Source: a bacterium | GTDB lineage: Bacteria; Cyanobacteriota; Vampirovibrionia; Gastranaerophilales; JBAXKC01 | Assembly: GCA_037137535.1 (NCBI GenBank) | Contig: JBAXKC010000006.1 | Coordinates: 10,835-74,834, forward strand | Length of the DNA: 64,000 bases | Direction of reading: 5' to 3' | Part shown: in pieces, positions 27,664 to 38,022 of the stretch | How the letters are laid out: each line of letters begins with the position of its first letter | Numbering within the stretch: position 1 is the first letter of the stretch | Program-made: the position numbers and the translations under genes | The notes under the pieces: generated by a model | The model's input: only the letters and a program-made list of their open reading frames with translations | Databases searched by the model: none | What the model was told of the DNA's origin: nothing

Positions 27664-28473
27664 TTATAATTTATAAAAGTTTTTAATTCTATCAGTAATC
27701 ATTTTTAGCCCGTCTTTAAAGTTGTCTTTTGCCTCTTCATTTTGCTTCGGTATAAATGTATTTTCAGGATAGTCCTCAATACAAACTTTAGGTGAATTTG
27801 GTTTTATGTAACTTGAATTTTCAATTTCAGGAGGAGTAGGATCGCAATCCAAACTATTTCTTTCTTGTTTTGTTTTGATAATTTTATCTAAAACTTCATC
27901 ATTGAAAGTAGCATCATGTTTCTGATAAATATCAATAAATGATGGTCTGTTTTGTCCTTTTGTCGGCTTAGTCGTTAAATTCATTAAATCATCAAATGAA
28001 ATACCGGGATGAGCGTTACCTTCTTTATCAATACCTGTTCCATCTTTTTCATAAGGACAAGCAGAAGATAAAAGATTAAAAGTGTCTTTTTCTAAAATTT
28101 GTTTCATATGAGGAGGTTTTGCCATTAAGTCTGCTTTTAGCTGATCTATTCTTGTCTTAACAAGAGTAAGTTCATAATTGAGCTTTCCAATTTTAGAAAG
28201 GTTTATTTCATCCTCTGACTTTGCTTCTTCTTTTGCAATTTTAGCTTCTAGTTCTTTTTTCTCATTTTTTTTAGCTTTTAATTCTTTTTCTCTTTCGATA
28301 TTTTGTGCTTTTACAGGATCAAAGGAATCCTGATACTTTTCAAGTTCTTTGCGCGTTATTTTACCGTCAAGTTTTCTTTCTTGTCCTTCAGAAAGACCTA
28401 GTGTCTGGAAATTATCGCTCATGTTTGTGAATACACCTCTTAAGGTGTATGTGTGATTTAATAAATTTGTCAT
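27664..28473 (-). CDS. Hypothetical coiled-coil protein
   Basis: K/E-rich heptad region; DGKITRKEL EF-hand-like segment. Start set at the ATG after GGGGG (ORF track 28491). Confidence 0.65.
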   Translation of the reverse strand: MTNLLNHTYTLRGVFTNMSDNFQTLGLSEGQERKLDGKITRKELEKYQDSFDPVKAQNIEREKELKAKKNEKKELEAKIAKEEAKSEDEINLSKIGKLNYELTLVKTRIDQLKADLMAKPPHMKQILEKDTFNLLSSACPYEKDGTGIDKEGNAHPGISFDDLMNLTTKPTKGQNRPSFIDIYQKHDATFNDEVLDKIIKTKQERNSLDCDPTPPEIENSSYIKPNSPKVCIEDYPENTFIPKQNEEAKDNFKDGLKMITDRIKNFYKL

Positions 28474-28568
28474 TTGACCCCCACTATTCATAATTATTTG
28501 GTTTTATCCAAAAGTATATCTATTTAAAATCCAAATATGATAATAGTGAATAATATTTGGATTGAATT

Positions 28569-29207
28569 TTAATATTTCTTAATTTTATCCATAATGTTTT
28601 GATAATCGGGAATGTCTAAAATAATCCATTCATATAACATTCTTATTTCTTTAAAGTCAACTTCGGTAAAAGCTTTAATTAATGAAGAGTAACTGACGTC
28701 ATAGGCTTTAGGCATTGTTTTATACTCAAGTTCTTTAATTTTTTTATTAGAAAATCCACTTGTTTCATAATCCCAAATATTTGCATAATTCAAATTTAAG
28801 TTAATGCAATATGGCAAATTTTCTTTTCCCAGTGATGTGTCTATTGAAATTAAACCGTAGGTTCTACATAAAATGGGGCGATATTCATATATAGTACAGC
28901 TATTTTCTTTATTAAAAGGGCAAGTATATGCAAAATCATGGATATTACTATTATTTTTGATGAAAATTTGTCTGTTTTTATAGATTTCCCAAACTTTTTC
29001 ATTTAACTCTTTAATATCTTCTTTTGAGAATAAAAGATTAATTCCTTTTTTAATATAGTCATATTCTATGTTTGATATTGGGTAATAAGCGTTTGAACAG
29101 CAGTATCCGCACCCTATTTTACATTTAATGTAATCTTTTTGCTCTTTAAAATATGAATTTAATTTATTTGTGATTTCATTAAGCTGTAATTCGTATGTTT
29201 TTAACAT
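28569..29207 (-). CDS. YkgJ family cysteine-cluster protein
   Basis: CKIGCGYCC...CPF...CTIYEYRPILCRTYG. Confidence 0.88.
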   Translation of the reverse strand: MLKTYELQLNEITNKLNSYFKEQKDYIKCKIGCGYCCSNAYYPISNIEYDYIKKGINLLFSKEDIKELNEKVWEIYKNRQIFIKNNSNIHDFAYTCPFNKENSCTIYEYRPILCRTYGLISIDTSLGKENLPYCINLNLNYANIWDYETSGFSNKKIKELEYKTMPKAYDVSYSSLIKAFTEVDFKEIRMLYEWIILDIPDYQNIMDKIKKY

Positions 29208-29275
29208 TAAGACCTTTAATATATTTAAACCTGTTAGCTATTATTTACTTATACAATAAATAAAACTCTTTTTTA

Positions 29276-29818
29276 TTAAAAATATAGCGATTCAGCTAAT
29301 TTATTTAAAATTTTCATTTTTTCTTCTTGCTCTCTATCTTCTAAAAGCATGTTTATAGCATTTTTATAATCAAGTTTAGATGCTTTTTCTTCATCTAAAA
29401 TTTGTTCATTAATATTATATTTTTTGCATAATTGTTTAAAATAATAAATTTGTCTGTTTGTTGCTTTGTCTTTAGACATTTTAAATTCTTGAACTTTTTT
29501 TCTCTGTATTTTGGCATAATCTTTTTGTTTTTGAATTAATGGAGCTAATTTTTCTTTCTGAGTGAATTTATATTTATTTTCATAAATATATTTTTTACTA
29601 TCAGCTAAAAAGTTTTCTTCATTTATAAATGCTTCAATCCATGGCATACGAGAACAGTTAATTTCAAGATAGTAACTTTCTTCTTCAATAAGATTATCTA
29701 AAATTTCTTCAGTAGATAAAGTATAGTTTTTCTTTGTGAAAATTTGAATGTGTTTACAAAATTCAGATTTTTGGTGACTGGTAAGATAATTGAATATTTT
29801 GGACTTTACGCTGAACAT
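29276..29818 (-). CDS. Hypothetical protein
   Basis: 180-aa ORF abutting the upstream ORF; contains a KATNRQIYY segment. Confidence 0.65.
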   Translation of the reverse strand: MFSVKSKIFNYLTSHQKSEFCKHIQIFTKKNYTLSTEEILDNLIEEESYYLEINCSRMPWIEAFINEENFLADSKKYIYENKYKFTQKEKLAPLIQKQKDYAKIQRKKVQEFKMSKDKATNRQIYYFKQLCKKYNINEQILDEEKASKLDYKNAINMLLEDREQEEKMKILNKLAESLYF

Positions 29819-30025
29819 TTAGAATAAATCTTCAGGTCTGAAGCTGGAAGTATAATCATCATTTTTGTTTTTTATTTCAGTATGAACAAATTTCGCCAAT
29901 CTTGTTTTGATTGGATTTGAATGATTAAAAGAAAAGTTTTTAAATGAGTTATTAAGCTCTTCTTTTTCTTTTAATTCTTTATTTTTTGAGAAATCCGCAA
30001 AAATTATTTTATCTTTATTATTCAT
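29819..30025 (-). CDS. Hypothetical small protein
   Basis: 68-aa ORF whose stop directly abuts the next ATG. Confidence 0.55.
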   Translation of the reverse strand: MNNKDKIIFADFSKNKELKEKEELNNSFKNFSFNHSNPIKTRLAKFVHTEIKNKNDDYTSSFRPEDLF

Positions 30026-30187
30026 TAATTATTTATCCATCTGACTTTATTTAATATTTTATACCGTACTCGTTAAAATTAGTACCCCCTATATATATAA
30101 AGTATTGAAGAAAATTTTTTTTGCCTGTTAATTTTTTTTGAAATAATATTATTTCTATTAACAATAAAATTCACGCTGTTTTGGAGT

Positions 30188-31285
30188 ATGAAATTGAGCT
30201 TAAATAATAAAAAAATTCTTATATCGGGTTACTATGGTTTTAATAATTTTGGCGATGACGCCATTTTGCACGTTATTATTGAAGATATAAAGAAAAATAT
30301 TCCCGAAGCTGATATTACTGTTTTATCGGCAACACCACAAAGAACAGAAGCTGTATACGGAGTTAAAGCAGTAAATCGCTTTGACTTAAAGAAAGTTTTT
30401 TCTGCCATTAAATATACTGATGTGTTTGTGAGTGGCGGTGGCAGTCTTTTGCAGGATATTACAAGCTTTAAAAGTCTGGTTTATTATTTAGGTCTGATTT
30501 TTACCGCCAAAATGTTAACTAAAAAGGTTTTCATATATGCTCAAGGCATTGGCCCAATAGATAGCAAAATAGGAAGAGTTTTAACACATTTTGTTCTTAA
30601 AAGAGCAGATGTTGTTACCGTAAGGGATAATGACAGTAAAAACTTCCTTGATTACCTTGATGTTAATGCAGATGTAACAGCTGATCCTGTTTGGAAAGCG
30701 TTAAATCCAGATTCTTTTGATTTTGAAAAATTCGGAATTAAACAAGATAAAATTAAAGTAGGCGTTCAGTTAAGAAACTGGAAAACACTTGATGATAAAG
30801 CTACAGAGCTGTTAGCTAAAGCTGTTAATAAAACCTTTGGCGATATGTCCTATCAGATAGTTTTACTATCTTTGCAAGATTCCCAGGATTTAGCTGTTTC
30901 TAAGTTGTTTGAATCTAAATTAAAAGTTTTAAATCCTGTAATTGACACAAAAATAGTTTCAAATTTATCAGTACTGGACGGATTAGCAGTAATTTCACAA
31001 ATGGATTTCATGGCAGCAGTAAGATTTCACGCTGCATTATGTGCTATGAAGTTTAATATACCTACCTTTTGCATTTCTTATGATCCTAAAGTCTCTACAT
31101 TAGCCGAAGAAGCAGGAGCTCCATGGGCATCAATCAATAAATTAAACTTGGAAGAAATTGAAGCTAAGCTAGAAGATCTTTCGATTAATAAAAGTTTACA
31201 TGAGGAAAGATTAAGACTTTTCTCAAATAAGAAGCAGCAATTGGCAAATAAAAATGTTGATTTTCTTATGAACATGTTAAAATAA
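30188..31285 (+). CDS. csaB: Polysaccharide pyruvyl transferase CsaB
   Basis: ISGYYGFNNFGDDAIL, SGGGSLLQDITS, AQGIGP, VRD, ADP, RFHA, SYDPKV. Confidence 0.92.
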   Translation: MKLSLNNKKILISGYYGFNNFGDDAILHVIIEDIKKNIPEADITVLSATPQRTEAVYGVKAVNRFDLKKVFSAIKYTDVFVSGGGSLLQDITSFKSLVYYLGLIFTAKMLTKKVFIYAQGIGPIDSKIGRVLTHFVLKRADVVTVRDNDSKNFLDYLDVNADVTADPVWKALNPDSFDFEKFGIKQDKIKVGVQLRNWKTLDDKATELLAKAVNKTFGDMSYQIVLLSLQDSQDLAVSKLFESKLKVLNPVIDTKIVSNLSVLDGLAVISQMDFMAAVRFHAALCAMKFNIPTFCISYDPKVSTLAEEAGAPWASINKLNLEEIEAKLEDLSINKSLHEERLRLFSNKKQQLANKNVDFLMNMLK

Positions 31286-31329
31286 TATTAAAATTTATTA
31301 CATTTCTTGTACTCAGGGTGGGAGATATT

Positions 31330-32097
31330 GTGAACAATAATGAAACCATAAATACTGAAAGAGCCTTAATTCTTGGTTATCCTGTTGATTTGGTAAATAT
31401 GGAGCAGGCTTTAAATATTGTAGAAAACTGGAAAAATACTTCCAGCGGTGGGCAAGTTGTTACAATAAACCCTGAAATGATAATGTTTGGCGAGCAAAAC
31501 CTTGAATTGTCCGATATTTTAAAAAGTGCTGACCTGATAATACCTGATGGTGCAGGAATTATAACCTCTTTAAAAAAATTAAACATTCATAATATAAAAA
31601 GATTACCTGGGATCGAATTGTCTGAAGAAATCATTAAAACAGGTGCTGAAAAAGGTTATAAATTTGCATTTTTAGGAGCAGGACCAAAAGTTGCAGAAGA
31701 TGCATCTATTTGTTTATGTCAAAAATATTCAGGTTTGAACTTTGTATATATACGAGACGGTTATTTTACCGATAACGATGAACAGTCTATTATCGATGAA
31801 ATCAAACAAGCCGCTCCGGATGTTCTGTTTGTTGCACTTGGTGTACCTAAGCAAGAACTTTTTATAAAAAAATACAGAAATGAATTAAAATCTGTAATAA
31901 TGATAGGAGTTGGCGGAAGTTTTGATGTTTGGTCAGGACGAATAAACAGAGCTCCTTTGATTTATAGAAAGTTAGGACTTGAATGGTTTTATAGGCTGAT
32001 ATGTCAGCCATCACGATTTAGCAGAATGTTCCCGACTATACCTTTGTTTTTTATAAAAGTGTTTTTGGACAAGAAAAATACAAGAAAAGAGAGTTAA
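31330..32097 (+). CDS. WecB/TagA/CpsF family glycosyltransferase (GT26)
   Basis: TINPEM, PDGAG, RLPGIEL, DGYF, VALGVPKQE, GVGGSFD, GLEWFYRL. GTG start after GGAG (ORF track 31318). Confidence 0.93.
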   Translation: MNNNETINTERALILGYPVDLVNMEQALNIVENWKNTSSGGQVVTINPEMIMFGEQNLELSDILKSADLIIPDGAGIITSLKKLNIHNIKRLPGIELSEEIIKTGAEKGYKFAFLGAGPKVAEDASICLCQKYSGLNFVYIRDGYFTDNDEQSIIDEIKQAAPDVLFVALGVPKQELFIKKYRNELKSVIMIGVGGSFDVWSGRINRAPLIYRKLGLEWFYRLICQPSRFSRMFPTIPLFFIKVFLDKKNTRKES

Positions 32098-32099
32098 AA

Positions 32100-32957
32100 A
32101 TGTCAGAATTCGTATCGCTAAGCAATGAAGAATTGAATGAATTAGCTGCAAGAGCTAAAAATGTCAGACAAAACATTATGAAAATGGTGTCAAATTCAAA
32201 ATCAGGTCATATCGGCGGCTCAATGTCCTCTGCCGATATTATTACTACACTTTATTTTAAACACATGAGACATTATCCTGACTGGAAAAATAATGCAGAT
32301 TGGGATAAAAGAGACAGATTTGTTTTATCTAAAGGTCATGCTTCACCTGTATTGTACTCTGTGCTTGCAGAATGTGGTTATATTCCTCAAGAACAATTAA
32401 TGACTTTTAGAAAATTACATACAAAACTTCAAGGGCATCCTGCTTATGGCTATATCCCTGGTGTTGAAGCGACCACAGGCTCTTTAGGGCAAGGTCTTTC
32501 AATTGCTAACGGTATTGCTTTAGCATTAAAACTGGATAATTCAAAATCAAGAGTTTATGCTCTAACAGGTGACGGAGAATTGCAGGAAGGTCAAATCTGG
32601 GAAGCTGCAATGACTTCTGCTCACTATAACCTCGGAAATTTAACAGTTATTGTTGATAGAAATACACTCCAAATTGATGGTTGCACAGAAAAAGTAATGG
32701 GGGTTGATCCTGTTGATCAAAAATTTAAAGCTTTCGGTTGGGAAGTTTTAACAATTGACGGACATGATTTGAATCAGATTTTTGTAGCTTTGAAACAAGC
32801 TGAAAAAATCGGAAATGAAAAACAAAAACCTGTTGCTATCGTAGCTAAAACTGTTAAGGGCAAAGGCGTTTCCTTTATGGAAAATAACAGCGGCTGGCAT
32901 GGTAAAGCTCCAAACGAGAGCGAATTTGTTGCAGCTATGGAAGAATTGTCTAAATAA
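32100..32957 (+). CDS. tkt: Transketolase, N-terminal (TPP-binding) subunit
   Basis: SGHIGGSMS, RDRFVLSKGH, LQGHP, TGSLGQG, GDGELQEGQIWE, WHGKAP. Confidence 0.95.
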   Translation: MSEFVSLSNEELNELAARAKNVRQNIMKMVSNSKSGHIGGSMSSADIITTLYFKHMRHYPDWKNNADWDKRDRFVLSKGHASPVLYSVLAECGYIPQEQLMTFRKLHTKLQGHPAYGYIPGVEATTGSLGQGLSIANGIALALKLDNSKSRVYALTGDGELQEGQIWEAAMTSAHYNLGNLTVIVDRNTLQIDGCTEKVMGVDPVDQKFKAFGWEVLTIDGHDLNQIFVALKQAEKIGNEKQKPVAIVAKTVKGKGVSFMENNSGWHGKAPNESEFVAAMEELSK

Positions 32958-32970
32958 GGAGTATAGAGAG

Positions 32971-33930
32971 ATGTTAGTTGATAAATCAAAATTAAGTTCG
33001 TTAAGAGGCATTTATGGGGAAACTCTTGTTGAACTAGGTGCTGAAAATAAAGATATAGTTGTGTTAGATGCAGATTTATCCTGCTCAACACAAACCTGTA
33101 AGTTTGCAAAAGCTTACCCTGAAAGGTTTTTTAACATCGGAATAGCTGAACAAGATTTAGTCGGAACCGCTGCGGGATTTGCGGCCGCTGGTAAAATTCC
33201 TTTTTTAAGCACATTTGCTATTTTTGCATCAGGAAGAGCATGGGATCAAGTAAGAAACGGAATTGCATACCCGAAATTTAACGTTAAAATTGTTGGTACA
33301 CATGGCGGAATTACTGTAGGAGAAGATGGTGCAACCCACCAAGCTCTTGAAGATATAAGCCTTATGCGTTCTATTCCAAACATGACCGTTATTGTGCCTT
33401 CTGACGCAAGAGAAGTAAGAGCTGCTATCAAGTTTGCGGCTGAATATGAAGGACCTATGTATATAAGACTGCCTAGAGGCAATTGTCATGATATTTTTGA
33501 TGAATCATATTCATTTGAATATCCAAAAGCTCAAGTTTTGACCGAGGGAATTGATGTTACAATCGTTTCTAACGGTGAAACAATGTATGAAGCGGTTGCT
33601 TGCGCTGAAAAACTTTCCCAGAAAGGTATTTTAGCTGAAGTAATCAATGTTCCTGTTGTAAAACCTTTAGATGAAGAAACAATTCTGAAAAGCGTAAGAA
33701 AAACAGGTGCAATTGCTGTCATAGAAAACCATTCCATTATCGGTGGACTGGGTAGTGCCGTATCAGAGTGTTTAAGCGAAAATTATCCTGCGTTTGTAAA
33801 ACGTATCGGTACTCGTGATACATTCGGGCAAAGTGGTAAGGATACTGAGCTTTTAGCTGAGTATGGACTTACTGCCGATAAATTTATTGACGATATTTAT
33901 AGGTTAATCGAGAGAAAAAACGGAATATAG
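32971..33930 (+). CDS. tkt: Transketolase, C-terminal subunit
   Basis: DADL, GIAEQ, GEDGATHQ, GPMYIR, KPLD, ENHSIIGGLG. Start moved to ATG 32971 after AAGGAG. Confidence 0.95.
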   Translation: MLVDKSKLSSLRGIYGETLVELGAENKDIVVLDADLSCSTQTCKFAKAYPERFFNIGIAEQDLVGTAAGFAAAGKIPFLSTFAIFASGRAWDQVRNGIAYPKFNVKIVGTHGGITVGEDGATHQALEDISLMRSIPNMTVIVPSDAREVRAAIKFAAEYEGPMYIRLPRGNCHDIFDESYSFEYPKAQVLTEGIDVTIVSNGETMYEAVACAEKLSQKGILAEVINVPVVKPLDEETILKSVRKTGAIAVIENHSIIGGLGSAVSECLSENYPAFVKRIGTRDTFGQSGKDTELLAEYGLTADKFIDDIYRLIERKNGI

Positions 33931-34605
33931 ATGATTAGGCTCAAAAACGTAACTAAAAGCTATGGCGATTTAGTCGCTGTAAATGATATGGATCTCCATA
34001 TTAAGGTAGGAGATTTTGTTTTCCTTGTCGGTCAAAGTGGTGCTGGAAAGTCAACTTTGATGAGACTTATTTATAGAGAAGAGATTGCTGACGAAGGTCA
34101 GGTATTAATTGGCGGCGTTGACGTTTCCCACATTAAGCATTCTCAAGTTCCAAGACTGAGAAGATGTATGGGAATAGTCTTTCAAGACTTTAAACTTCTG
34201 CCTAAGCAAACAGCTCATGATAATGTCGCTTATGTTATAAGAGCATTGGGAATGAGTTCAAGTGAAATCGACAGAAGAGTTAAAGGTGCTTTAAAGGTTG
34301 TTGGTCTTGCTGATAAAGAGTTTTCATATCCGAATGAATTATCAGGCGGAGAACAGCAAAGAATTGGTATTGCTAGAGCAATCGTCAATGGTCCGCCTTT
34401 ATTAATAGCTGATGAACCTACAGGAAACCTTGATCCTCAAAATTCATTTGAAATTATGGAAATTTTGGAGCAAATTAACCAAAGAGGTACAACTGTCGTG
34501 GTTTCTACTCATGATGAAGCAATAGTAAATCATTATAAAAAAAGAGTAGTAAAACTTGAAAAAGGCAGAATAATCAGTGACGTTTACTCAGGAACATACC
34601 AGTAG
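33931..34605 (+). CDS. ftsE: Cell division ATP-binding protein FtsE
   Basis: GQSGAGKST, VFQDFKLL, LSGGEQQR, ADEPTGNLDP; directly upstream of ftsX. Confidence 0.93.
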   Translation: MIRLKNVTKSYGDLVAVNDMDLHIKVGDFVFLVGQSGAGKSTLMRLIYREEIADEGQVLIGGVDVSHIKHSQVPRLRRCMGIVFQDFKLLPKQTAHDNVAYVIRALGMSSSEIDRRVKGALKVVGLADKEFSYPNELSGGEQQRIGIARAIVNGPPLLIADEPTGNLDPQNSFEIMEILEQINQRGTTVVVSTHDEAIVNHYKKRVVKLEKGRIISDVYSGTYQ

Positions 34606-34610
34606 AGGGT

Positions 34611-35498
34611 TTGGGAATGCTATTTATTATACCTTTAAGCATAATGACGGAATTTAGAATTATAAACAGACTAATTTGTGAAACTTATAAAGGTTTAACA
34701 AGAACGGGTCTGATGAATGTAATTATCATTGGTACAATGGCTGCGATATTAAGTATTTTTGGCTGTTTATTTCATACAAGTCTCGGAATTTCAAATTTTG
34801 TTCAAAATTTGGGTTCTGAAATGCAAATATCAGCATATTTAAAGGATGGAGCCTCTGCGGATAAAGTTTCAAAAAATATAGTCAATGATATTGCCTATAT
34901 TAAAGAAGTTAGAATTATTCCAAAAGAAAAAGCCTGGGATGATTTAAAAAAACAGATGGATGTTCCTAGCATTACTAATCCTTTGCCTGATACTTTACGT
35001 ATTAAAGTAACTGATAATAAACATATTGATATGGTTGTTGCTAGAATTAAAGCTATGCGTGGTGTTGAGAGTATTCAATATGCTCAGCAGTTAGCTAGAA
35101 AAATTCAGACGATTGCTGATATTACAAAAATTGCAGCTCTTGTAATACTTGTATGTCTTGGAAGTTTGACACTTTTTATTATAAGCAATACAATTCAGCT
35201 TGTTATTCAAGCGAGAAAACAGGAAATTGAAATTCTTAGAATGATGGGTGTAAGCAACTGGTATATAAAATCACCTTATATTTTACAGGGGGCATTTTAT
35301 GGACTGACAGGAGCATTGATTTCATTAATACCTTTATATGTTGCTCAAAACTATCTAAATCAGTTCTTCAATTTTTTTCAGGTCGGAGCAGGTACGTCAG
35401 TAAATTCTGATATTGTAGTATTTACCCTCTTGATGATGGGTGTTCTGGTTGGGTCAGGCGGAAGTATTATTTCTGTCAGAAAATATCTTAAAGTATAA
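34611..35498 (+). CDS. ftsX: Cell division permease FtsX
   Basis: Four TMs, NPLPD, ISNTIQL...RKQEIEILRMMG...IKSPYILQG. Confidence 0.92.
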   Translation: MGMLFIIPLSIMTEFRIINRLICETYKGLTRTGLMNVIIIGTMAAILSIFGCLFHTSLGISNFVQNLGSEMQISAYLKDGASADKVSKNIVNDIAYIKEVRIIPKEKAWDDLKKQMDVPSITNPLPDTLRIKVTDNKHIDMVVARIKAMRGVESIQYAQQLARKIQTIADITKIAALVILVCLGSLTLFIISNTIQLVIQARKQEIEILRMMGVSNWYIKSPYILQGAFYGLTGALISLIPLYVAQNYLNQFFNFFQVGAGTSVNSDIVVFTLLMMGVLVGSGGSIISVRKYLKV

Positions 35499-35504
35499 TA
35501 TGAC

Positions 35505-35535
35505 TTAAAATGTCCTTTTTATAAGGGCATTTTAA
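35505..35535 (+). terminator. Probable terminator hairpin after ftsX
   Basis: TTAAAATGTCCTT / AAGGGCATTTTAA. Confidence 0.6.
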
Positions 35536-35594
35536 ATAGTTATTGAGCTTCTTTAAATTTAATTTATATTATTTCCAAATCGGAGGCAGTTTTC

Positions 35595-37367
35595 ATGAAT
35601 AGTAAAAATAATGTTGCAAAAAAGTTTATGGCTTCCGCTTTGGTTATATCAGCTTTTTTTTCAATGAATACTCAATCTTTTGCTTCAAATATAAGTATTT
35701 TAAACAATAAAAAACAGGCTTATGTCGAAATTACAAAAGTAATTTATGATAAATCAATTTATACTCCTTATAAGATTGAATTGCTAAGACGATTTGCAGT
35801 TTTAAATGGAATAAATATAAATTCTGATAATCAAGAGCCGCATGATGTCAGTATTCAAAATGATAAGTCTTTAAAGGATATAGAAGATTTCAAAAAATTT
35901 GAAAATAGTTACTTAAATAAAAAAATTAATAATAAAACTTATTTTTCTTGTTTAATTAAAGAACTTTCTCATTCAGAAGATCAATCTATGAAAGATTTTG
36001 CAGGAAATATTTTAGAAACAGTTAAAGCGGATGATTATTTTTCACTTTTTGAATCATTGTTAAACTCTGATAAAGTGGAACAAAGAATAATAGCTATTAA
36101 AGGACTTTCAAGGATTGGCGATGATAAATCTCTTAATTTACTTATAGAAAGATATAAAAAAGCTGATTTTGCAGAAAAGAAAGAATTAACCTTTTATATT
36201 GGAAAATTCAAGAATAAAAAAGCTGTTTTATTTTGTGAAAATGCTATTAAATCAGAGGCTAAGCCTGAATTATTAATTAATTTATATGTAAATATGATTA
36301 ATTATGGTAAAAGCGACTATTTGGCATATTATAGAGTGAAATTATATGATAAGGATTATAATACATCTAAATATGCACTTTTAAAATTAAATGATGTTGT
36401 GCCTGATATTGATTTTAAGTATCTTAAACAATTGATGTATCTTAATGATGGTGTTTCTAGGCTTGCTATAACTTCTTATTTTGAAAAAAGATTAAATAAT
36501 AGTGCATATAAACCTTATAATTCTGAAATAATTCAGCAATTAGCTAAATATGCTTCCGATAATGCAGTTATATTAAAAATAGCTGCTGTTAAAGATCTTT
36601 CGCTTACAAATAATCCTGAAGTATGCAATGTTTTAAGACCTTTACTTAAAGATCCTCAATTAGGCGATACGATTATAAATATAATTCTTTCATCAAAAAA
36701 TCCTGCTCTTCTACCTTTGATTAAAGATATTGCAAAGATTGATAATGAAATAGTTAAGTTTTATTCAGCTCTTTCACTTTTAGATGTAGATAATAATATT
36801 TCTTTAGAATTGTTTACTCAACTTTCAAAAGACAGTGAAAGTGATAATATTCGTTTAGTTTCTACTTATATATTAGATAAATTATCCAGCCCGAGTTTAC
36901 CTCCATTTAGTAAAAATACAAAATTATTTATTAATTATGTAAAAAACTTTGAAAATACAGATGATTTACTAGATATAATTTATGAAACAATTAATAATGT
37001 AAAAATTGATAATTTTAACATTAAAACCCGTCTTGCAAGCAGATCAGCGCAGTTTTTGCCATATACTATTTCATCTGCTGAAATATCAAGTTACTTAAAT
37101 TCCGATGATAACTGGATAAAACTTAATGCGGCTTTAAATCTTATTAAAAGAGGTGATAAATCTGCGTTAAACACAGTCAGAGATATTATAAAGCAGAATA
37201 AAGACCCAAAAGTCCTTTCTGCTGCCATTGAAATTATTGGTGATTATGGAGATATGTCTGATATTGAAAATCTTTCTAAAACTATGAATAATGCTTCTTA
37301 CGCTAGAATAAGAGGCAATTCGGCACTTGCTATTTTAGAGATTACAAAACGAGTTAATTTGGATTAG
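35595..37367 (+). CDS. Exported HEAT-repeat protein
   Basis: Signal peptide ending SFA; HEAT-like repeats (RIIAIKGLSRIGD, AAIEIIGDYG, RIRGNSALAI); GGAGG RBS. Confidence 0.75.
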   Translation: MNSKNNVAKKFMASALVISAFFSMNTQSFASNISILNNKKQAYVEITKVIYDKSIYTPYKIELLRRFAVLNGININSDNQEPHDVSIQNDKSLKDIEDFKKFENSYLNKKINNKTYFSCLIKELSHSEDQSMKDFAGNILETVKADDYFSLFESLLNSDKVEQRIIAIKGLSRIGDDKSLNLLIERYKKADFAEKKELTFYIGKFKNKKAVLFCENAIKSEAKPELLINLYVNMINYGKSDYLAYYRVKLYDKDYNTSKYALLKLNDVVPDIDFKYLKQLMYLNDGVSRLAITSYFEKRLNNSAYKPYNSEIIQQLAKYASDNAVILKIAAVKDLSLTNNPEVCNVLRPLLKDPQLGDTIINIILSSKNPALLPLIKDIAKIDNEIVKFYSALSLLDVDNNISLELFTQLSKDSESDNIRLVSTYILDKLSSPSLPPFSKNTKLFINYVKNFENTDDLLDIIYETINNVKIDNFNIKTRLASRSAQFLPYTISSAEISSYLNSDDNWIKLNAALNLIKRGDKSALNTVRDIIKQNKDPKVLSAAIEIIGDYGDMSDIENLSKTMNNASYARIRGNSALAILEITKRVNLD

Positions 37368-37412
37368 ATTGAGTTATAGAGTATTATTATAATCAGTTCT
37401 GCTTTTTCAGTT

Positions 37413-37841
37413 TTATTTATTTAATATCCAATCAGGTAAAATTGCATTTGGTGTATTTTCTTTTATACTAGAAACAAAGTTTTTAATTATAATTTCAGGA
37501 ATTTTTTTTATTTCTTCAATATTTAAAATTGTTTCTGTTTTAAATTCATCTCTTTTAAAATTTGTATTTGAATCTATATCGTAAATCTTCTTTCTTTTTT
37601 CGGAAATTACTAAGCTATCACCATGATTGGTAACAGCAAGTACACTAATCCCTTTTTTATTACTAACTAAAACTTTGTCATCATCACCAATAGGAATTCC
37701 ATTTAAATCAATTGTAGTTTGAGCAATTAAAGCTTGATCTTCTTCTTGAGAAGTTTGTTTTAAACAAACAACCTCCTTTGTTCGTAAATTTGTTTCACGT
37801 TGAATACCTTTAAAAGATAAATTTAAACTATTTATTAGCAT
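37413..37841 (-). CDS. Hypothetical protein
   Basis: Start set at ATG 37841 (MLINSLNLSFKG) after AGGAGA; the ORF-track extension runs into a terminator. Confidence 0.65.
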   Translation of the reverse strand: MLINSLNLSFKGIQRETNLRTKEVVCLKQTSQEEDQALIAQTTIDLNGIPIGDDDKVLVSNKKGISVLAVTNHGDSLVISEKRKKIYDIDSNTNFKRDEFKTETILNIEEIKKIPEIIIKNFVSSIKENTPNAILPDWILNK

Positions 37842-37965
37842 AATCAATTCTCCTTTTTTAAAGTATCTAATAAACTTAAAAAAAATAAACTTTAATTGCT
37901 TTTTTATCATTAATATTAAAATTTCTGAATGAATTATCCTTAGTTCATGTTGACAATGTTTTAAT

Positions 37966-38003
37966 AAAAAAAAGCCCACCTGATTACATGAAAAAGGTGG
38001 GCT
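37966..38003 (-). terminator. Terminator of the glutaredoxin gene
   Basis: AGCCCACCT / AGGTGGGCT stem with a T run on the minus strand. Confidence 0.7.
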
Positions 38004-38022
38004 ATTTTATATTATTTTTATC

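Noticed and set aside
32100-33930. Frameshifted transketolase pseudogene
   Set aside because: Two-gene transketolases are a known arrangement, and the second gene has its own AAGGAG RBS and ATG at 32971.
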